From Coniocarpon cinnabarinum (Eukaryota), in the NCBI GenBank assembly GCA_051942205.1, contig JAVECO010000002.1:124001-188000 (forward strand): a DNA stretch of 64,000 nt. Direction: 5' to 3'. The first letter of the stretch is position 1; every line of letters starts with the position of its first letter. Positions 36,653-49,674 of this stretch are shown here, in pieces. Both the position numbers and the translations under genes were made by a program. A model generated the notes under the pieces. The model was not told where the DNA came from, did no database searches, and worked only from the letters and a program-made list of their open reading frames with translations.

Positions 36653-38542
36653 TCATGTCGATCCGTCCGGATATTGCGTCCATGTCCCGTTGGAATGCCA
36701 TGTGCCCGCCATCGTGTAGTCGCCGCTTGATGCGCCACTCATGTATCCAAACCTGAAGTATTCGGGATCGTCCGAGGGCGCCGTCCGGGTCCAAGTGAAA
36801 TTACTCGATCCATCATACACGTAGCTTCGGAATCGCTCTACATCATTCACCAGTATGCTGATGCCATCAAAGTCGCTAGGTATGGGGTCCCAGAAGAATG
36901 TAATGTTACTGCTGGCCCCGATCAAAGGTGCAGTAATGTTCGGCAGTGCGGACCCAATCAGGGCGTCTCCTTGAAGTTGTGCCGGCGTTTGCACCAAGCT
37001 GTCGAATCCCCATCGTGCGGTTCCGTCGATGAACAATCCAACCAAAAGACCTTGGTAAAGTAAGGATGGGCGGGTCTGCATGGCCGTTCCTGGCAACAGC
37101 AGTAATGCGAGGATGTAATGATGGATCCGCAGGTTCATGTTTGGAATGGCCAGGAACATGCAAAGGCAGAATCCCATGAACAGGTACAGCGCCAGATACT
37201 TCGGAAAGAGTCCTTCTACCCTCAGCGCCCAGGCTTGTCCAAGAGCGATCACCACCAGGACGATGACGATGATCACGAGCGCAGTGATAGCTCCGGGTTG
37301 CTGTTGAAGATCATGACCTGTAAGACGCTGGATCGGTATCTTGTCAAAAGTGTAATTGTTTAGACATCCAACGAAGCAAGCGCCCAGCCACAGGACAGCC
37401 TTTTCGATTTGCGCGCGTAGACCTGTCAATGTGCGTCTTACTGCGAAGATGTAAATAGCGTACGCACAAAAAGCTGCTGGGAGAAATCGTCCAATTGCAG
37501 ATGAGAGGAGTCCATAGTATGACGACTGGCTCGGCGGGTCGGACACGAGAGCGACGTGGAAGAACAGAGCACAGAACTCCGAGAAGAAAAACACTGCTGG
37601 AGATGTAGTGAACAAGGCCAAGAGCGTGGTAAACACTATGGTCACTGCGAGAAGTGGCCATCGTAGATCTTTGCACCCCGTGCTCGTATCCTCGAGAAAA
37701 GCGAAAGACAGCGGAAAGTCGGAGTTAAAGCCAAAGCTGTTGATTCCGTGCTGGGAAACACTCGGAAAGTCCGTCTGATTCCCAATCAGAGAGATGGCTC
37801 CACAACCACCATCCTGATTGGTGATAAAGCCAGCGTGAATCGCCGCAGAGCATATAAAAGAATCACCACGGTACACACAGCTTTCGACGCTGGTGGAAGG
37901 ATCACTCGGGCCGCCGATGACCAGTGGTTTGTATGCAACAACTTGGTCTCCAATGGCGTAAGGATTGAGAATCTGAGTATGCAAGCAGTTTGCTTGACAA
38001 CGGAAAGCAAAAGTCGAATTTTCGAATGGTCGACAATCATTTCCATCAAGACCGCAACCGTTGTTTTTGTCCCAGAATGAATCGGTGCAGGCAAGAGTTT
38101 GTGGTGATCCGTATCCAGGAACTTCCTCAGAGAAAGCGGAATGGTGAAGGACCGTAATGAAAACGAGCAGAAAGCAGAAATAGAGAGCTGCCAGTAACGC
38201 AAGTCGATGCCGTCTTTTTGGTGCATAGCGGTCGAGAAGAGTGAGGGGAGCTGCCTGGAGTTTGGGAAAGATTGGCCGAATCTTCCAAATACGCGGGGGT
38301 TTCGGTCCCTTTGCCCAGTTCACAATCCACGAAGTGCTGCTTTGGACGGGTCTGGGGACATGCTGCTTTGTGCGCTGGAGCCAACGAGGAAGCGGGCTCG
38401 TCGAAGCATCAGGTCGATACTCAGGAGCCCCAGCACTCGCGGGGCTATTTGTCTCGCTTGTTGGACTGGAGGATGACGACTCGTCACGGTAATGTCTGAA
38501 CTGCCTCGAGCTTGTTGAGACTCTAGGATCTTGAGGACCCAT
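36653..38542 (-). CDS. LCCL-domain multi-pass membrane protein
   Basis: CGLDGNDCRPF, YRGDSFICSAAIHAG, GGCG LCCL motifs; multiple TM segments; LRIHHYI. Confidence 0.88.
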   Translation of the reverse strand: MGPQDPRVSTSSRQFRHYRDESSSSSPTSETNSPASAGAPEYRPDASTSPLPRWLQRTKQHVPRPVQSSTSWIVNWAKGPKPPRIWKIRPIFPKLQAAPLTLLDRYAPKRRHRLALLAALYFCFLLVFITVLHHSAFSEEVPGYGSPQTLACTDSFWDKNNGCGLDGNDCRPFENSTFAFRCQANCLHTQILNPYAIGDQVVAYKPLVIGGPSDPSTSVESCVYRGDSFICSAAIHAGFITNQDGGCGAISLIGNQTDFPSVSQHGINSFGFNSDFPLSFAFLEDTSTGCKDLRWPLLAVTIVFTTLLALFTTSPAVFFFSEFCALFFHVALVSDPPSQSSYYGLLSSAIGRFLPAAFCAYAIYIFAVRRTLTGLRAQIEKAVLWLGACFVGCLNNYTFDKIPIQRLTGHDLQQQPGAITALVIIVIVLVVIALGQAWALRVEGLFPKYLALYLFMGFCLCMFLAIPNMNLRIHHYILALLLLPGTAMQTRPSLLYQGLLVGLFIDGTARWGFDSLVQTPAQLQGDALIGSALPNITAPLIGASSNITFFWDPIPSDFDGISILVNDVERFRSYVYDGSSNFTWTRTAPSDDPEYFRFGYMSGASSGDYTMAGTWHSNGTWTQYPDGST

Positions 38543-39275
38543 ACCTAAGGTCGAATCTGCTCATGCAACCCAAATGCCGACGAGGCTGGCGCAAAAAGTC
38601 CAATATGATGTCACGAGAATAGCTGCAGGCTTCAAAACAGAAATGAGAGCAATGCTATGCTTTTTGCTTGCATTCAGAAGCAATCGCAAGAATGTACAAG
38701 AAGAAAGAGCTTCGCGAATGCGAATACACAAATGGAAAACTACTCAAAACGATGGCGCAGTCAATGGGTAGCGGAAGAGATGACGAATCCTTGCCGCCGC
38801 ATTGGATTCAGGAACCCGAAAGACCGACCACCAGGGAGCCAGATCACGGGATCGTCAGCAGATTCCTTACAAGGCAATTTTCACGCGCGGATTGGTGATT
38901 GGTCTGGAAGCACATCATCTTCCTGGTACAGCAGCTGTCATCTTGTATTGTACAGGACTTGGCTATCATCTCGTTGTCTTACACTTACACTGACAATCAA
39001 AAATCCGCGTCTTATTCACTACCTCCACTGCGTGTTTTCTCGGTTCCGCCGCTTGTTGAGTCAAATCGAGAGAATAAACACCATGATTACCAATCCCGTC
39101 GCTTGCTCCTGGCTTGTCAGGCAGTCGTCGCATCATAGAGCCGACACCCGATATCTATCTCGACTCGATACTGGATAGAGCACGCATGTTTTGTACAATC
39201 TACACAACTGGCTGAGTGACTACGCGACCTGTACTGTAAAGTCGATAAGTACGGTCCAAGGAGTCTCTAAAAGCA

Positions 39276-41102
39276 ATGTCTTCATCCCAGAGCCAACCAC
39301 TCTCGCCACCCAAGGACCTATGGCATCTGCTCTCCAAGGAAACCCAGAACCGTCAAGCCAGCAATATCAAGCAATTCTACAAATATTTCTCCATCCCGGG
39401 TATCGGTCAACTGGCTGGGGGACTGCCCAGTCCGAATTACTTTCCCTTTGACGACCTCATCTCAGACGCTGCAGTCCCAGACCGCTTCACGCCCACGCCC
39501 AACAAGCCAGTCGATCCACCAACGTCTCTCAGTGACCACTTGAACTCCATCAAGCTCAGCCCTGATCCCGCCTCCTCCCGTCTCCTCGTACCTCATGAGT
39601 CTGGAGATCCTGATCGTACTCGAAAAGTCGATCTGGCAACTGCGCTTCAGTATGGCACTGCAGAAGGATATCCACCGCTGCGACAGTGGCTCTTGCGTTT
39701 TGTCCAGGAGCACATGCATCCAAACATTCCCTATGCCGGTGGTCCCAATATCGTCCTGACATGCGGATCCACAGATGGCTTTTCGAAATGTATGCAGCTC
39801 ATTAATAACACCTGGATCGAGGGTCGCGATGCGCCCACCGAAAGGGAGGGTCTACTGTGTGAGGAGTATGCCTACATGGGTGCTATTCAGATGGCGCGAC
39901 CGCGCGGTGTGAATATCCTCGCGGTCGCTATTGACGACGAGGGTATGCTTGCGGACGGTCCCGGTGGCTTGCGCGACGTGCTTCAACATTGGGACCCCAG
40001 CAGAGGTAAACGACCTCACATGCTCTATACCGTCACCATTGGTCAGAACCCCACGAGTGGTGTGCTGAGTTTACCCCGCCGACAGCAGATCTACGACCTC
40101 TGTTGCGAATACGACATCATGATCATCGAAGACGATCCATACTGGTTCCTCCAGTACCCCTCTGCATCCTCCTCGTCTTCATCGCCCTCAAGACCCTCCC
40201 AGAAATCTACTCCTACAACCGGGTACGCCTTTCTCGACTCACTCGTCCCCTCGTACCTCTCTGTGGACACCCACGGTCGCGTACTCCGCCTCGACACCTT
40301 CTCCAAGACAATAGCTCCTGGCTGTCGCCTTGGCTGGATCACCGCTCAACCGGCCTTGATTGAGCGCCTCCTTCGAATCACCGAATCCACGACGCAGCAA
40401 CCCTCTGGCTTCGTCCAAAGCATGGTCGCTGAGCTACTAGTTGGACCACCAGGTGCGCCCTCCACATCCCAGCCCACACCCGGCGTCGGCGGTGGAAAAT
40501 CAGGCACCGGCTTTGGCTTCGACGGATGGGTCCGCTGGCTTGAGGGTCTAAGAGGCGAATACGAACGCCGCATGAACGTTATGTCCGACATCCTCACTTG
40601 CGGCCAAACCCGCATCAAGTCAGGTCGACGACCCAGTTTGACACTACCCGTTGAAGACGGCGCGTGGACAGTCGTCGAGACCGATAGTAAACCGCTCTAC
40701 ACCTTTCAGAAACCAATGGGCGGCATGTTCCTCTGGGTTGGCCTCAACTTCGAGACTCACCCACTTTGGTCATCCCTTCAAAAAGAGAACCTCACGCCTG
40801 CGCAGCTAAGTCGCGCGTTATGGATTCTTTGGACACGCAAGCCGATGCTCGTGCTTGTGAGTCCTGGTGAGATTTTTGCACCGACTGAGGAGGTCAAGAG
40901 GGATGCGTGGCGGTATTTCAGGCTGTGTTTTGCGGCTGCGGATCGGGAGGAGATTCAGGGCTTGAGTGAGCGGTGGGTGAGGGGTGTGCATCGCTTCTGG
41001 GGTATCAGGGATGCGGCAGTCGTGAAAGAGTTGTTGGCAAGTGATGAGCAGGTGGTTGCGGAGGGTGGGGATGTGGGTGTGGGACTCTGGGGCTTTTGTT
41101 AG
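39276..41102 (+). CDS. Class I PLP-dependent aromatic/aminoadipate aminotransferase (Aro8-like)
   Basis: LAGGLP, ALQYGTAEG, GQNPTS, IIEDDPYWFL, RLDTFSKTIAPGCRLGW (PLP lysine), GGMFLW. Confidence 0.92.
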   Translation: MSSSQSQPLSPPKDLWHLLSKETQNRQASNIKQFYKYFSIPGIGQLAGGLPSPNYFPFDDLISDAAVPDRFTPTPNKPVDPPTSLSDHLNSIKLSPDPASSRLLVPHESGDPDRTRKVDLATALQYGTAEGYPPLRQWLLRFVQEHMHPNIPYAGGPNIVLTCGSTDGFSKCMQLINNTWIEGRDAPTEREGLLCEEYAYMGAIQMARPRGVNILAVAIDDEGMLADGPGGLRDVLQHWDPSRGKRPHMLYTVTIGQNPTSGVLSLPRRQQIYDLCCEYDIMIIEDDPYWFLQYPSASSSSSSPSRPSQKSTPTTGYAFLDSLVPSYLSVDTHGRVLRLDTFSKTIAPGCRLGWITAQPALIERLLRITESTTQQPSGFVQSMVAELLVGPPGAPSTSQPTPGVGGGKSGTGFGFDGWVRWLEGLRGEYERRMNVMSDILTCGQTRIKSGRRPSLTLPVEDGAWTVVETDSKPLYTFQKPMGGMFLWVGLNFETHPLWSSLQKENLTPAQLSRALWILWTRKPMLVLVSPGEIFAPTEEVKRDAWRYFRLCFAAADREEIQGLSERWVRGVHRFWGIRDAAVVKELLASDEQVVAEGGDVGVGLWGFC

Positions 41103-41331
41103 ACATTTGTGTGAACGAAGGCACGGATCATGACTTCGGCGATGATGGACAGCATAATCTTACGACTATATGCGCCTGAATCAACACAACCCGTGTTGTA
41201 CGTCATGTTCATCGATTATCCACGTGAATGTCAGTAGGCTGCATGCTCTAGTTGAACGTCGCAAAGCTGTCTCAACAAGTAGCCCGCAATGCTTGCATTT
41301 ACTATTCACGTCACCGGAGTCTGACAGCACC

Positions 41332-42570
41332 CTAATTCTCATGCAGCACCTCCTTGAAGCCCCCGGCCACCCGCTCACCAGTCTTATCCACCTTCTCCTG
41401 CCCCAACTTCTTCTCCGCGAACACCTTCGCGTACGGATTCAACCGCATCATGACCTGCCGGTTCCGCAGCGGGTTCTTCTTCTGCGCATACGGCCGCTTC
41501 GTCACCTTGCCGCCCTTGACCGGTCGCAGCACAGACTGCACTTCGCTCGAGTTGATCAGCTTGGCGATATCCGGCTGCTTCACGATATTGCTGGGAAGCA
41601 GGAAGTCGCGCTTCATTTGTGAGGGCTCGGTCGTGCTGCCGTAGATCTTGTCGAGCGCGGCGAATGCCGAAGAGGTCCAGATGATGAAGCGCCCGAGGTG
41701 GCCGCCTGGTGCGAGTTGCAGGAGGTTGAGGGCGTAAACGGAGCAGCTTTCGACGCCGGGGATGTTACGGAAGGAGCGGACAACGTCTTTGCTGTCTTTC
41801 TCGGGATCCCATACCACGAGCGGTCCACGGCGCGACGTATAGCGACGTCCTCTCAATTTACCTTTACCCGCACGCAATTTCCGGCTATTGCCAGCCTTCT
41901 CCAGATCGTCGCCGGCGCCAATACCCTTCAACAATTTCAACGCGGCGCTCGTTTTCGTCAAGTTGAAGGCGGAGGAGTTGACGACGAGGGGCACTTCCGG
42001 GACCTGCTGGACGTGGTGGCCGCGCGCGAAGAGGAGGGATGGCACAGAGGATGCGGCGAGCGCGGAGGTGGTGGCGAAGCGTTTTTGACCCAGGTTGATC
42101 TTTTGATGCCATTTGCGCCAGACTTTGGTTGGGGCGAACATGCGGCCGGAGCGGCATTGGTTGCCGAAGGCTGCTTGGCCGGCTCTGTGGGTGCCACCGC
42201 CAGAAACGCGGGGGATACGTGCGACAGCACGACCTGTATTGTGAAGATATCGTCAATATTGAATTCGGCTGCTGGAGGGATGGAGTGTCATGAGGGTAAA
42301 TGCGTACCAGTGCCCCAAGACTCAGCGGAGGTCTGGTGACCAGCTTTTTCACTGACAGCGTATGGCTGACGCTTGTTCTTGGCCATGCCAGTGTGGACTT
42401 GTCTGTGAGCACTGTCAGTATCATGTAGGCTTTGCTTTGCGTATTCCGGTAGCGTACTGGACAATGTCTAGACGGATTGGCGCACGGAAGACATTAGGAA
42501 GAGGATGGCTGGCTCCGCTGGGAGAGCCATCTGCGCCGAGCACGCTGACTGTTGGACGTGCTGTGGCCAT
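41332..42570 (-). CDS. RPL4: 60S ribosomal protein L4 (uL4); 3 exons (introns 42403-42457, 42234-42307)
   Basis: [68 protein letters not shown]. Confidence 0.98.
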
Positions 42571-43383
42571 TTCGGCTGTCGGTGGCTGCAAGAATTGGTA
42601 ACCTAGACGTGGAGAGAGCAATCCGTTGCGATGTTCATAGACGAGCTAGTGCGGTTTGTGGGAGAGATTATGTAAGGTGTCTTGGCACAAAAAGCGTCGC
42701 GCCTCCTTGCACCTCACCTCATTTGATATGCAATATCTTTTCGGCTATCCGTGACTGTACGACCACGACGGTGCTGGCGAAAGCCTTTGTAATCTGCTTG
42801 TTGAATGGAATATCTGCCAAAGCCCCGCTTTGCTGCTTTCCGTCACGTCTGCATCTTTTGCGCAATTGACCGCCTTATGGTTTGGATCATGACAACAGCA
42901 ATGACGCATACTCGCGACGTATTAATTCCCTATCACATGTTGCACTGCATGTAGAACGCGCTTGGGATTTGATGTTTCATTGAAGGCCATGCTTAATCAT
43001 TAAAAGGCCTTGCGCTGGCGGCTATGACTTTTTTGCCAATTGGCTCGTTTCAGCCCAGCCTAAAATTTCACACACGTGGTTCTCATACCTCACGAACAAG
43101 TGCTGGTCGGGTTCACTCGTCCAGATCACTCGTCGAGATTCGCGCCGAGTTGCCGCGGCTACTGGCAAGTGTCTTGCCTCTTACCTCCAGACCAGCTTCA
43201 TGTGATGCTTGTCAACAATTACATCATTTCTTCACCTTCTTCTGCGCTGATGATCTAGCCGGAGTAGCAGCTGCGGCACACAAGCTCAAGCTTACTTTGT
43301 AACACTCTTTCTTGTCTTTGCAGTCTCTGCTAAGCGATCCTTGCTGAATCGATTCAGCTGTCAGACCGCTCTTTCCTTCGAAG

Positions 43384-44635
43384 ATGTGTTGGCCATTCTC
43401 CAAATGCTGCGGATGGCCGTTCGTCGACCTTTATCTGGAAGACGAGCCACAAATCAGACGTTGCAAGCCTCGTCGATGTGAGAACTACGACTGGACAGGT
43501 TACGGTACTACCAGGGTGAGTAATTCATGCTTTGAAAGTGTTCATCTCGTGACACGTGCCGTTGCACCACCGCTCTTCTCCCTTGTCCAGTTCATGTTGT
43601 CTCTTGTCCCACTCACCATCATCTTCATCACCACCACCTCCTCCACCTTCACTACCTTCCGAATCGATTTGCAATCCCTCGTTGCATATCAGACGAGCAC
43701 TTGCTCTCGTCTGCTAGACCAGCACAAAAGACTCATTTGTAACAAGCTCTCAAGAGTGCGCTGGGAAGACTTTGCCCGCCATGCATGAACTGCCAAGTGA
43801 CCCGCCACACGATCTGCACGGCGCTTGCATTGGTTACTACTGCCAACCTCGTCAGCTATGCGACGAGCAACCAATAGCCGAGCCCTTGCAGGAAACTGGC
43901 CCGGCCTGTTACTCTGATCATGGTGGACAATCCGTTGGTCTTTCCAGGATCCAGCAACACCATGTAAAGCCTTTTCGTCACATCTGCTTAACCCTTTTGG
44001 GTTATGACGCGCTGACATCCTCTTCACAGCACGCAAGGTACGGGCACCATCACCACCCACATCGATATCACGCGAGCCCACGTTGCCCACCAAGGGCACC
44101 CGAGCCGGCCTACTGTGCGCCGCCGCCACCTGCTCCAAGGCAGCCCTACTGTGAACCACCGCGTCAATGCTACGCACCGCCACCTCCTCCGCCTCCTCCG
44201 CCGGCTCCTTGTCCACCAACTCCACCCCCGCCCCAGCATCATTGTTTGCCGCCGGCTCCACCTGAAAGATACTGCTGTCCTCAACCTCCGGTTCACGAGC
44301 CAGTCGAGTGCTACGACGACAACGACTACGTCTATGTTTATCCCGGTCAAGCTCCACGCGACGAATATCGCGGCGCCCATTTGTGGCATGCTCAGTCGCC
44401 TGATTCAATCTGGGAAGGTGCCCGCCGTGGTGGAGCGTTCGATCCTAAGCCAATCAAACCTGCTGGCGCCGATCCTTCCGACATGTATCGCGTCTATAAC
44501 GTCTGTGATGGGACCTGCTGGAGCGTTACGTTTGCAACGATCGAACTGGGCACTTGGACCGGGTATTGGCAGCAACAAACGGACGGCAGCTTCATCTTCT
44601 ATCGCACTGATGACTATCGCCTTGATCCCGACTGA
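43384..44635 (+). CDS. Hypothetical Pro/Cys/Tyr/His-rich protein with compact Trp-rich C-terminal domain; exons 43384-43515, (43718-43963), 44030-44635
   Basis: GTGAGT donor at 43516, GTAAAG donor at 43964, GCTGAC...CAG acceptor at 44029, all phase 0; repeats YCAPPP/YCEPP/CYAPPP. Confidence 0.6.
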
Positions 44636-45063
44636 GCTGCGTCGGTGTTTTCAATCGCATTCGGACGTTCAATGAGAACATGAGCGGCATTAAATGAGTC
44701 TTTGAGTAGAGAGATGCGATTCTCAAGACAGTGAAGGAACTTCATCTCGGAGCAAGGAGCACACTGGTCATGAGCGACATGTGGCGGATCGTTGCAGATC
44801 CATATGAAGCCGTCCACGCTCGTTTGCTTAAATGTGATGACTATTCACGGTAGAAGATGTAGGAATGATATGCAATCAAACGATGCCGCTACGCGTTTGC
44901 AACCCAAGCTTCTCCTGTAACGCAACCGCATTCCGTCTGTGACATAAATTCAAATGCCAAATTCTTTCTCGTGAGGCCCAGATAGCCTTTTAGCACATTT
45001 CCTCAAGGTCAACAACTTTGCGGTGCTGATCATCAACTTCAGAAATCCGCCAAGATTCCAACG

Positions 45064-45814
45064 ATGACATCACAGCCCTCACCTCGCTCACCTCCAGAGA
45101 TCTCAAAAATGCGCCGAATGCCTCGTCACTCCACCGACATCCTCTCATTGCTGCTCTTCTGTACGCTCATCGCATTCCTCTTCCCGGTAACGCTTCAATT
45201 CCTCCTCGGCCTCCCCTCACGCCTTCTTACGCCTATATTCAACCCGCATACACCCGCATCCACGACAAGCCCATCCGCATCTTACGTCCCAACTCCTGCA
45301 GACGCCCCTGCAATGTCCTGGTTCCAAAAGACGTTCACGCTTCCGTCGCGCTCGAAAGGCTCATACCTCATCACTGAACATGTCACGTCTTCTCTTCCGG
45401 AACTGCAAAATTACAAAGTCGGCATTCTACATCTCTTTGTGCAACACACGAGTTGCGGACTCAGTTTGAATGAGAACTTTGATCAGGACGTAAGAGAGGA
45501 TATGACGGATGCGTTGGATCGCGTGGCGCCTGAGGATCGGAAGGGGGGTATGTATCGGCATGATGCTGAAGGGCTGGATGACATGCCGGTGTGTTTGAAG
45601 CTCAGCTTGGATGAATGGAGAAAAGACAACCGGAGAGAAAGCTGACATGAGATAGGCGCACATCAAGAGCAGTTTGGTGGGAGCGAGTGTGACGGTACCG
45701 ATTTCGAATGGACGATTAGCCACGGGGACGTGGCAAGGAATTTGGCATTTGGAGTTTCGGGCGAGTAAACATGCGAGGAAAGTGGTGGCTACGATACAGG
45801 GTGAGAAGATGTGA
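45064..45814 (+). CDS. UPF0047/YjbQ family protein; 2 exons (intron 45589-45655); core domain begins at Met 45313
   Basis: [52 protein letters not shown]. Confidence 0.93.
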
Positions 45815-46090
45815 CGGCACAGCAGCCTCGATGCAGCCTCTGACTGCGTCAAGGGATGCGGTATGAAGAAATCGGAGAAGCGGGGCGGTTGTAAGATAAT
45901 ACCAGGCATGGCTCGAGTTGGCTTGTGACGATGGTCTTAAGAAAGGCACGGAGTGAACCGCTGTGTGCATCAATGAAATAAGCTCTTGCAAGCTCTTGTC
46001 GGCGAACGAACCAATGCACAGCTGTCCGATAAGTACTGGAATCGAAGGTGATGTGTTGGTGACTGTGGTTTGAGGAACATGTATGATTAC

Positions 46091-46807
46091 TCATCTATTC
46101 TCAAAAGGTCGTCCGGTCAAGCTCTGGCTCTCCGGCGTCTCAGCAGGATGTCCCTGCGACTCTAGAGGATATGTTGTCGACGGCAAAGACTCCAACATCG
46201 GTCTGTGACTCTCATTCGCCTGTATTCAGTCAGTATCTCAGTCCTTTGATTTGTTCAGAGACTCTCAGGCTCGAGTCGAACTCACAAACGGCACCCCACA
46301 ATAAGTACACCAACAGATCTGCGGCTTGTCCACATTAATGAAAATCCTCGGATGGCCCAGTGGCCCACCACCCCCGTTACACGAGACCTGTTTCTCCTTC
46401 GTCCATCGCACCGGCTGCTTATGTATCAAGTCGATCGCGGCGTACGGGCGAGGCTGATATTGCACGTTCATCTGTTCAAAGCGGGGGCCGGCCATCGCTT
46501 CGCTGCGGGGACGCTGGCTGCGGCTCCAGGTCTGGAGGCGGTTCGGCGCCTGATGAAGGCGCATTTGCTCGCCTTCGACGGGATCTTCGGAGAGGGCCGC
46601 ATCTTGACCCATGACCGTGCTGGTGGCGGGTGCGTTGGTCTCGGAGGTTTGGGGAGGTTGAGGGGTGGGCTTGTTGGTGTTTACGGGGACGGGATTGTCG
46701 TTTGTGGTTGGGTAGTGTTGGAGGTTGGAGGTCGAGGTGGAGAGACAGCGGAGCCCATGACGAGGGACGGAAAGTGTTCGTAAACCTGCGCGTACTGTGT
46801 ATGACAT
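46091..46807 (-). CDS. NDUFS6: Mitochondrial complex I zinc-finger subunit (NDUFS6/NUMM); 2 exons (intron 46220-46285)
   Basis: Presequence-like N-terminus; AMAGPRFEQ, AIDLIHKQPV, zf-CHCC CNGGGGPLGHPRIFINVDKPQICWCTYCG. Confidence 0.93.
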
Positions 46808-47728
46808 GGCTGTGGTGGCTAAGAAAAATGTATGTATAGAAGGACAGGACGACGATGAAATCAACACTGGGCAGGGTGCGAGAAAGCGATGCTGACGAAA
46901 CCTAGAATCCATCCATTCTACATCTTCCGCCCGACATCCTGCCTCTGTAATCTGGCCATCTTCTGTATTTACGATTCAGGACGGTAAGCAGGTTCAATTC
47001 AATGGCCCCGGAAAGAGTTGATCGTTCCTGCACATCAAGACACCGTTCAAAGACTACGAGGACGCAACTTCAGGGGCTAGAACTATCAAACAATTCCTGC
47101 CCTAAATTCTCTTTTTCTTTGCTCTGTGTCTTGGAATACAGTGTTTTTTCTGGCTTCATGCAGGCTTTTGACTTGGAGGTATTTCCGCTATCTTTGATGA
47201 TTTGACAGACTAGCTAGAGGTTTTGTAAAAGGATCATTTGCTAGAGTTCATTTGAAAGCTGACTTTGCACACGTCTGCCGCATCCAGCTCGTACGGCTAT
47301 TGTCAAAGTTGTTATTATTCTACTTGACCTTTACTTGAGGCTTGTGGTTCGTTCAGGTGGCCCTTGATGCGAGCTGTCGAAGCTTAGATACTGATTTGCT
47401 AGATGCAAGCACAAATAAAGAGGGCTTCTGCAAGAGGCTCAGATGCTACGAGAACATGATCGAGCTTATTGATTGAAAGCAAAATCTTTTCTTCTTACGC
47501 ACGGATCTTGCTGTACGGTAGCGGAGATTATGATTGTTGTGCAAGAGTTTAGTAACGCTTCTCTGATTCGAGCGGTGACACGACAAATCGTCAGCTATTT
47601 ACGCTACATTCTAGATTCGTGGAGACACCAAAAATGACTGACTTGCTACGATCTCCTGTAGTGATTGCCTTGAGCACGTCATCGCACTGTAACATCGACT
47701 TTTCCTCGACATCATTTCAGTTTTCGTC

Positions 47729-48357
47729 TCAGTCTGCGCCGGTAGACGACCTACCACCCTTGCTCTTGCTCTTGCTGCTCTCGGGCTGTTCCTCTTCCTC
47801 CTCCTCCTCATCATCCCCCTCCTTCTCTTGCCTCTTCTTCTTACGAAGCCGGTTCTTGTTATCTTTCCTCATCATCGACTTGGGCACCGGGAAATGCGTA
47901 TTCTTTATTTTGTTGTTGCCAATATACAGATCCACATCCATCTGCTCGCTAGTTTTGCTGCTCGTGTGTGGTGCATGCCTGGATCCGAATCAGCGAGGGT
48001 CAGACGTGAGTGTTCCGTCACGTTTTTGCCAAGAGGATGCAGGTTGTAGACATAGAAGCGAGCTTCAAGCAACTTCCAGGTAGAACATTTAACCTTGGGC
48101 ACCAAGCGAAAATTACCTTGGCCCGCTGTATTTTTGATGCTCTTGCACGATGTCATGAGAGAATACACATTTGTGAGTCTGCTGGTACGGCATAGGTAGA
48201 CGCTCACTCACGTGATTTCCAATCGGGTATACTGTGTGTATTGACCGCTGGTGTTGGCGACTTTAATAACGTGATTGATCAATTGACTCTTCGCCTTTTT
48301 GTTTTTCAAATAGTTTGGATCCGCGAAGGTCACATTTTCTGTTGTGAATGTCGTCAT
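47729..48357 (-). CDS. Hypothetical spliced protein with basic then acidic C-terminal tail; exon structure unresolved
   Basis: Consecutive minus-strand ORFs, GTGAGT donor at 48211, terminal RKKKRQEKEGDDEEEEEEE. Confidence 0.35.
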
Positions 48358-49674
48358 GATCGTGGGCGATATTGATTGGATTTTTACCTCGCAGAGGTTG
48401 GGTGCAATAGGAAACTCTGTGTGAATACAATTCGAAGACTCTATGTCTATAGTCGGCAGGAGCTGCAGTGCGGGTGCTAAATAGCTGTTCGAGAGAGCAG
48501 ATCTTAGAGACAAGTTGTTCAGACCTACTCAGGAACAGATATCATCTCGCTCAATGAAGCTTCAGAGAGCAGCATCGTCGCAGACCATTTACCATGTTAA
48601 GTTATGAAACATCCGACACGTAAGATCTTGAGTCTACGTAAGTAAGAATTTGGGATTCGCATGATCGTCCCAATGGATGCAGTGGGTGGTCAGCGGGTGT
48701 TCTGGACTCAGGGGGCTCTGCTGTTACGTGAAAATTTCGCAGTGTAGGACGGTACTTGTCTGGTCTTGACGTGCAGGGGGCCGAAATATCTGGCGCAGGC
48801 ACGGGCTTGCTACGTATGGGGAAAAGGACGAATGCGTCGTTGACAAGGCAGTCGATACCTGTCATCGATCCACCACTGGCACACGGGCGCTTGCTGAGTG
48901 GTGGCGGCTGTAGCATGAGACCACGCAGGTTGGAGATCCGTCATTAATGCTCGCTGAGACGGAGCATTTACTGGAACGAGAGAAGAAGGAATTGGCCCAG
49001 ACGACGTCACGTGACTGGAACTCGCGCTCCAAGTACCGCACTTCGAAGCCACGATCGGACCTTGTCCCTCGACGCTGCATGGGCCATGATCAATGGCGAT
49101 CGCCCATGGGTTGGCATCCCTTTGGCTTGCTACTCAGTATTGGCAAGACCCAAGATGCCGCTGCTTGTGTGACCGATCTTGCCGTGTCGCTAGATGAGAC
49201 CTAGGTTTTAGAGGGTGAGCATCAATAAGCCCGTGCGCAGTGACCGCTATTGGTACCGTCCATGGAGCAATTTCCATCTTTTCCTAAACCATTTGACCTT
49301 TCAGTCGTTATACAAATTGATCGGAGCGCTCCCGCGACGTTAACGAATCACTGGCCCAGCCGCGCCTGGGTCGTCGGCAACTGCTCAAGTCTCGACCAGA
49401 ACGCGAAACACACGGCAGATGCTAGGTCGCGTTTCATTCTGGACCCGTGCTATGACGTCCCATCCTAAGCCAATTCGATTGATCTGTGCTAACGCTATCA
49501 ATACGCAAACCTGGCGACGCCGGGTAGGAAGACTCGTTCTCGTCGGAACGGACACCTAGAGCAATTGTGCTTCTTTTGGCGCCTGTAGTTGTGTTCCTTT
49601 ACTCACCGTGGACAGCGTTCCAACATCACGTAAGTAGATTTCCTCACTCGGTACATCGATTCCCAACTGCATTC

